Part shown: positions 23,129 to 64,000 of the stretch, piece after piece
Layout: every line of letters begins with the position of its first letter
How positions within the stretch are numbered: the stretch's first letter is position 1
NCBI GenBank assembly: GCA_035084275.1
Contig: CM068764.1
Location: 5,642,001 to 5,706,000 of the forward strand
DNA from: Hydrolagus colliei
Lineage: Eukaryota
DNA: 64,000 bases
Direction: 5' to 3'
Translations under genes and position numbers: made by a program
The notes under the pieces: model-generated
Told to the model about the DNA's origin: nothing
The model's database searches: none
What the model saw: the letters and a program-made list of their open reading frames with translations, nothing else

Positions 23129-25663
23129 TGTTACAGTATTAATAAGTTTGGTCACAAAGCAGTGTAATCCTTTTAATACCCTACCCAGCTTTATCAAACA
23201 TTGAATTCTGGTGCATTATGATGGACGAGGAAAGTCAATCAATTCTTACTCCTGTGATTTAAACCCATCAAAAAACCTTTGCAGAGATCCTGTAGTCCCC
23301 CACCCCCCTCCCAATCTGGGTAACTCTCTCGTATATATGTACCCTCATGAATTATAGCTTCAATTGCTCCCCCTGCTGGACTGTCACTCAGACCCAGTCT
23401 CCCCCCCCACCCACGCTAACTCAGCAAAGTTTTCGTTGCGTCCCCCCTCCTTCACATTCGGATCCACGCACTCGAGTTTTCGGCTCCACATGAGCTCGGA
23501 GGCTCAAGACTCTGAAGTTCCGCGCCCCCCACCCCGCCCAGCCAAAGGTACGAGCCCCCAAGGGAGGCGGGCCCCACAGTTTGGAAACCAGTAGACTAAA
23601 CCCTCTGTTGAAGGGAAAAGAAAACTAAATTAATGCGGAATGCTGCTCGATGGCAGCATAATAATTCAATAAACACATGCATTTGATAGTGCATATTTTG
23701 TCCACAGATGAACGTCTACAGGATTTATTATAAAGTGTAGTGACTTTATTTTATAGGCGAATGTGGTAGCCAATTTCCGCACAGACAGCCAATGTCCCAC
23801 GAATGGCCATTGAAGTGAAATGACTAACTTTGTTTCGTGTCGGAGTTCTATTTTAGCACAAACACAAAAAGCTGCTGTTGAATATTGTTCCAATCGGGTC
23901 GGAATGTTTGCTTATGTCTGCTCGGTGTCCCTGCATCAGCTGAATCATGGCTTCATTTGAACGGCAGCAGGCAAATGTAAGTTGCTCGAGTTTCAGCTCA
24001 CAGACACTGTGAAGCCGCCAGCCGGGGTCATACAGAGCCGTATTATGCAGAAGCCTTTAAAGCTTTTCTTTTCTTCTCCTCAAACATATGCTCGAGTTGG
24101 GGTTTGGATTCATTGGTGCCAGCCGACCTCTTCTCCTCACCCAAGTGGCCATTCTTCACCTGTGATCTTAGCAGGTTACCCAACCACAGTGGGGGGGGGG
24201 GGCAGTAAGACTGCCACAGAGGAACCTGACACTGATAGAAAAGAGAACATAACTCAGAGAATAAGCACTATAAAGTCAGAATATTGTAAGCCTGCCAGCC
24301 AGTTTTTCACAGAGAATAAAGTGTTGCTCCCAATGTACAAACCGGTCCAAGTCAAATAATTATCGTTAACAATTCATCACAGATTGGGTTGCAGTGTGTG
24401 GACCAGCAAAGGACATCAGATAGTTTGAGTTACAGTTTCCTTCACAGAAATGCTGGAGCAGAAATAGCTCCTAGTTTTTTTTTGTCCTCCATTCAGTCTT
24501 CGGACTCAATGCTTTTGCAGCGCCTTAATAGAAGATTGTTTCAGAGTCTCAAAACCCATTGAGAATAGACACAAATGGAAATGTTATCTCACCCACATTA
24601 ACTGGGGGTAAAGTAATATCATGTTGCACGCTCATGAAGAAAAACATGGATTGCACATTTTGGAACTAAATGAGGATCGCCCACAAAACACTGTCATGTC
24701 CTGACGTTATATAAACGCAAGTCTTTTTTGATGAACGTCCCAGGGGTCAAGGGTTTCCAAACCCCCCCACCTGTCTCCACGGCACACAACCATTCCACCT
24801 CCGCCATCTTTCCGCCACCGAAGTGCACAGGCGCTTGTGTGTAAATGAGCGAGTTTCCTGACTCCATCTGCCTGTGTTTACCTAGCAGCAAGTTGTGAAT
24901 CAATCAGTGGATCACTTTCTTACGGTGGTGGGTGGTGGAGTAATGAATAATCCCTTCAAAAGAAAATACTAATTTGGTCCCTACAACACACGGCTGTTTG
25001 TGGGGACATTGCTGTGCACAATTGGCAATGTCCCAAAACACATGGTCACCACATTCTTGTGGAGGCTTGTAGCTCAACGGGTAGCGCACTCGCCTTACAA
25101 GCGAGTGACCTGGGTTCAATTCGCGTCAGGTCGGCGGAAACCATGGGAAAGTTTGCTTACTCCACATGTTGATAACAATCTCTTAAAAAAATTTGTGGCA
25201 TTTAATCTGCAACTATTTGTGGGACACTACTATGTGCTATTAGCTGCTGTGTTTCACCCATAAATATACAGTCAATTCAGTTTACAGTATATTCTGTAAG
25301 TGCTTTGAGATATTAATAATAATAATCTTTGCATTTGATTTTGCATCTGACTTTGCATCTGACTTTGCCATCTCTACCCGGCAGAGGGGAGCGAGGTGCC
25401 AGCTACTCTGCTCACTCAGTGCCTGGGAGCTCGAGACTTTATCCACCGGGGGTAGAGACCGTGTTTGATCCCCAATTGATTCTGAGGTGAGGACCCAGGA
25501 GGTAAGTCAGATGGTGGCTCAGGTCAAGAGTGTTGATGACCTCCTCTTGTCTTTGGGCTCTGGTTGTCCTCACATCTCTGACATTGGTCAAGGCCTCGGC
25601 TGCTGCGGGGAGACATCTAGAAGACGTGAAAAGCATTATATCAAATGCAAGGATGATGATGAT

Positions 25664-26250
25664 GTGGAATCCTGTAGCTCAGTGGTTAGAACACTCACCT
25701 TACCAGCTTGAGACTGTGTTTAACAACAACAACTTTGATTTTTATAGCGCCCTCCACACTGGACGGTGACTCAGAGCACTTCACAGTAGCGGATCCCAGG
25801 ACCGAGGGAGTTCCAGAGCCTTGGGGCGTAGTGGCTGAAGGCACGGCCGCCGAGGGTGGAGAGGAGGATTTGGGGGACACGGAGGAGGCCAGACCCAGAG
25901 AGCGAAGGCAGCGGGTGTTGGTTTGGGGAGAGTGGAGATCAGAGAGGTAGAGGGGTGCAGAGGAGTGGAGGGACTTGAAAAGTGACGTGTTCGTATCCAG
26001 GCAGGTCAGGGCGAAACCTTGGGCAAATTTCCTTACTCCACACGCCTAATAATAATCCCTCAAAAAACCCACAATAATAAAATTAGTCATTTCAACCCAC
26101 GACTGTTTGTGGGGGACGCTGCTGTGCGCAATTGGCTGCCGCGTTTCACCCACAAATATACAGTCAATTTACTTTACAGTATATTCTGTGAAGGGCTTTA
26201 AGACATCTAGAAGACGTATAAAGCGTTATATCAAATGCAAGGATTATTAT
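25664..26250 (+). mobile_element. SINE split by an inverted L2 3' fragment (~25720-25985), abutting the cpd promoter
   Basis: SINE head 25664-25718, then (CAA)n + reverse L2 end; the SINE resumes GTGTTCGTATCCAGGCAGG and runs to its tail at 26250. Confidence 0.85.
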
Positions 26251-26289
26251 TTTATTTTGATGCAAGTGTGTCCTGTCAATCATAGGGGG

Positions 26290-26600
26290 TCAGCGTTACG
26301 TCACCACCCGGCTGCTTGCGTTGACGTAATGACGTCACGACGTCACCCTGCCTCCCCCACCCCCACTGTTCTCTTTTCAGTTCAGTGCTCCCCACCTGAC
26401 TCCCCCTCTCGCTTTGGGGGCGGGGCCAATGTAACCCAACGTGCGACGAGCCTCACGCTCACACTGCCCAGACTTTCCTATTACTTATTCCGGATTGGCT
26501 ACCGCGCGGGCGAATCCCGCCCAATGGTGGCGGGAGGACGGGTGCTGAGTGGTCGGAGACGCTTGTCAATCACCGCCGCGGCCGTCAGCAGGTTTGGTTG
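26290..26600 (+). promoter_or_regulatory. cpd CpG-island promoter (CRE/ATF array, GC boxes, CCAAT boxes; no obvious TATA box)
   Basis: TTACGTCA 26296; TGACGTAA-TGACGTCA-CGACGTCA 26322-26345; GGGGGCGGGGCCAAT ~26416-26430; ATTGG ~26494; CCCGCCCAAT ~26516; CpG-dense through exon 1. Confidence 0.8.
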
Positions 26601-26789
26601 AGCTGTGCAGTGTGTGTGAGAGGGAGAGACAGTCAGAGAGACCGAGTGTGTATGTGTTAGTTTGTGTGTGTGTGTGAGAGAGACTTGGGAGTGAGTGAGG
26701 GGAAGGGAGAGAGCGAACGAACGAACGAACGAGTGAGTGAGGTGACGGTTGAACAGCTTGTGAGGAGGGAAGGTTCTCGAAGGCTGAAG

Positions 26790-60540
<33,751 letters not shown>

Positions 60541-62345
60541 CACATCGAGTCAGTTCCCTTGGCTTGGCAATAATTAGCATTACCTTTTGCCAAGAACACC
60601 TGCTCCTGGCCTTGAATTGAGCAAAACCTCCCGTGGAGAGGAGATGCCTGAACTACTTACTGTACACAACTTGAGTGGAATTCTCCGGGTGTTGTTTCAG
60701 TGACATTCACGGTTGCCCTTTTTGGAAGAGTAGAATGTTGCAAGATTGAGTGACAGCTCTCACCGTCACTTGAGTATTGCACATATTCTAACCCGACAGT
60801 CGATTTGCACTGTAGCTTAACGGTCATCCATGCAACGAATGTTAGAGTAACTACCACCCGAGCCTCTGTCTATCAAGTACTGTCTATCAAGTACCCTACC
60901 ATTGTTTGAAACTGCAGGGTAACTTTGTTTTAACATATAGAAAAGCGAAAGATGCACAATTTCTCTTTTCTATCCTTCAGTCACTTCATAATTCCCCTTT
61001 TGGAAGGTGTGCTGTATCCTGTACAAATGTAGTATTGAAAAGAAATGGAGTGAAAGTTAAATTGCACTTTTAAAGCATTTGGGCAAACTGGGTGCTCCTT
61101 TCAAAGTGTAATGCACTTCAATCAAAGATATGCTGCAGCTTAGTTTGTGTAAGTGTATTAAAGAGGAAAGGTGTGGATGTTTGTGTGTCTGTTATTCTAC
61201 CCCACCTCCCCACTCCCCTTTCCCACAACTCATCAGAAAACTCTACAGTGTTTAGATGAGCATTGTTTCTGCTTCAATGGTCTGCTTCAATGAAGTTGAT
61301 TTTAACTGCAGAAACACTAGCAATTTAAGTGCAAATCTACGCTTGTACTGCTTGCTAGATGTTACATTGTTCAAAACATAAAGCAGGAGGAATATGAACA
61401 AGTGACTCCAGACCATTTGTTCTTGAATATGTGTTTGCTTTCATTTTTGTCACAGTGATCACTGGTGCTGTGTACCTTTTTTTAAAAAAAATGTTTTGGT
61501 GGGAGTGGGCCAAGGGAGAAAGGAAGACAAGAATGAGTTTAAATAAGAACTTTCTGAAAATGATATGATCTGCTCTTTCGTGGTCCCTGTTCATTCATTT
61601 TTTAAAAAAAGTAAACGATTTTGTTTTCTTCATACATATACAGGATGTTTTTCACAACTGTCATCCTCATTTGCAAATCCATAAGAAAAAACTGCAGAAA
61701 TATCAATTTGTAGACCATCTTAAAATCTACATTTTAACTGTTTTTACTGTAAAAATGAAGAACTGATACACGGAGTAGATAAGAGGTTGCTTTCAGGTGA
61801 ATCATGACAGTAGAGGTGGCTACTGGAAAGAGACTTCAACATCTTGTGTTTGAAGCACATTTTTCAACATTTTTATAATCCTGCCATTTGGCTTGGCATT
61901 CTTATCAAAATACCGAGGCAATGTGGGTGATGGTTCATATAATAATAGACTCTGCGTATGCGCGAGAGTATGTTGCGTGAATGTTTTATTGTGTGCCACT
62001 GAATGTATACCTGGATTGCCTAAATACAGTATGATCACCAGAAGTACAGCATTGCCAAAAACACCTGATTCACTTCCTTTCTGTATATTAGTTTACTCAT
62101 TAAATAATTTTGCTTAGTTTACTCATTAAATAATTTTGTTGTAAAATCTTGAGCTGAGATTTTAGCTCCATTGTGGTGTTGGGAGAATTATTTTGAATAT
62201 TAGGTTGTTTCCTTGTTCATTTGTACTTGTGTTTTGCATAGGATTTTTTTGTCAAGATTTGTGTATTCTAAATACTGTGAATTTAACTGGATATCAGTTT
62301 TAAAAAATTGGCGTCTGAAAATAAATACTTCATCATGCACATAGA
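60541..62345 (+). other. cpd: cpd 3' UTR (predicted)
   Basis: AT-rich unique sequence without interspersed repeats from the stop to the AATAAA; repeats resume after ~62400. Confidence 0.65.
62320..62325 (+). terminator. Polyadenylation signal of cpd
   Basis: AATAAA followed ~20 nt later by a GU/U-rich element (GCTGTTGTGCTGTTTT). Confidence 0.65.
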
Positions 62346-62602
62346 TGCTGTTGTGCTGTTTTATATTTAAAGTTAAATTTTTATCCTCCGTGGCTTATTG
62401 CATCTGGAATGAACAGGCTTCCCTTCATACCACTATCGGCAGCTGAGCCTTCACAACCATGCCCCTAACCTCTGAGCTCACTCCACCTCCCTTTCTGTCG
62501 GTCTTGTATCCCACCTAAAAACCTATTTTAACCATACCTTCGCCTATTTGCACTCCCTTTCACTCAAGTGTCCAACTCTACTGTGAAGTACTCTGAGAAG
62601 TT

Positions 62603-62815
62603 GTGGAGTCCTGCAGCTCAATGGCTAAGAGCACTGGCCTTGCAAGCAAGAGACCTGGGTTCAGTTCCAGACAGTGCGAAATCTTGGGCAAGTTTCCTTA
62701 TTCCATACGCTTATTAATAAACCCGCCACAAAAAAAAATGATAAATTGGTCATTCGAACAACTGTTTGTGGGACACTCCTGTGCATAACTGGGTGCCGCA
62801 TTTCGCCCATAAAAT
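62603..62815 (+). mobile_element. tRNA-derived SINE (3'-truncated)
   Basis: Head and core present, tail missing. Confidence 0.8.
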
Positions 62816-64000
62816 ATAAAATTATAGAGTGATGCAAAGGAAGCTGTTCATGTGTGTATAAGGCTCGTTATGTCCTCCCAAGTAAAATTAAGGTCTGGTC
62901 AAATGTTTTAGATCGGTTACACATTTTAATTTATTTGGCGTGTGTAAATTGATTAGCGATGGAGCTGTTTGCTGAAGGTTCTCTGAATAAAAGTGCCAGC
63001 ACTCTGCTACGTGTACAAATTTGCCCTTAGAGCTCTCAGAATGACTTCGCTCATATTTTCTAGCTCTGCACTAATTCATCCAGCAGCAGCCCTCCTTGAT
63101 CTGACACTATGAAAGATTAACGAGGTGAACTTCAAATTAAGTTTACGTTCTTCCAATCCATTGGTTCACGAAGTTTGCCAGTTGTGGTTGTGCAGGATGT
63201 GGTAATTGAAGCCAACGCTTTTGCAAACTGTAAAAAAAAGTGTCAAAAATTCATTTTATTTAAACAGTCACAGTGAAGGCAAACTAAAGAGGATAAAATG
63301 TTCTCTGCATTTTCATTTAGTTTTATTTTAATGTACTTGCTGTAGAGAATTGAACACCTGACAAGTCACTTTACCCATTTATTTCAGCAATGAAAGTGCA
63401 TTTATGTATAAAGTCAATGGCATCTAAATATATATATTTTTAAGAACTTTGGACGTCTGATGTACGTTTTATATCAGAATATTTGACATAGTACAAATTT
63501 ATAGTCCATTCAATTTACTCACCAGAGAACTGTGCACATAGATTGTCAGTTAGTTAACTTCAAAACAAAACTAACATGACGAGACAAGATCTCTAATGTT
63601 GCAAAGGTTCTGGAAATTATATGTATAGCTGGTCCAGGGGTACAGTTATCATCTTGACATAACACAGTTAATTTTAATCCACAAAGAAAAAAACAGCACA
63701 GCTAAAATAAAAACTGGGAGCGGAAGCAAGTGATTTACGATGCATTCACATGATGAGAACTGTCAGAGCAGAGAAGGAAGATGGAGTGCAATGTTGCCAA
63801 CATGTGTAATCTCCTAGACTCAGCTGTTGCGCTTCCATCTCTGCGATTGCTCAATATTTCACTCTTAGCTATAAAGTGCATTTCACATCATAACAAGGTG
63901 TCAACCCAGCTTGCTCTCGTCTCTGAGTCAAAAGGTGATGGGTTCAGGCAGCATGAAGGGACTTTGAAACAAGAGTTTAGGTTGGTGCTCTAATACAGAG

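Noticed and set aside
1-26290. Expected syntenic neighbours (TMIGD1, BLMH) or any other protein gene upstream
   Set aside because: No recognisable exons. The short ORFs are translations of SINE, L2, CR1 or low-complexity DNA.
26664-26789. N-terminal extension of cpd from a GTG in the ORF track
   Set aside because: It is translated microsatellite. The ATG at 26790 has good context and precedes the signal peptide.

Overview
Vertebrate nuclear DNA, most likely from a cartilaginous fish (shark or chimaera). This is inferred from the repeat families: CR1/HER1-type LINEs, L2 LINEs, tRNA-derived SINEs with L2-like tails, SacSINE1/Deu-type SINEs and a Penelope-like fragment. The right 60% holds one complete gene, carboxypeptidase D (cpd, + strand). 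I built it by hand as 21 GT-AG exons from 26790 to 60540 (4050 nt, 1349 aa): signal peptide, three M14B carboxypeptidase domains with the third catalytically dead, a transmembrane helix and a cytosolic sorting tail. It has a CpG-island promoter with CRE/GC/CCAAT motifs and a ~1.8 kb 3' UTR. The left 26 kb is intergenic and repeat-dense. The most notable observations are: (i) a degraded retroviral pol (spuma/loki-like RT) at ~245-2500 whose frame runs continuously across the junctions once three nested insertions are removed; (ii) a cpd intron-1 junction that appears shifted 7 nt from the mammalian position; (iii) a tandem CRE array in the promoter; (iv) CR1 copies landing twice at the same spot of the SINE tail; (v) templated-insertion scars. 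I found no convincing wholly new biological system. Exon boundaries were checked for phase; repeat boundaries are approximate.
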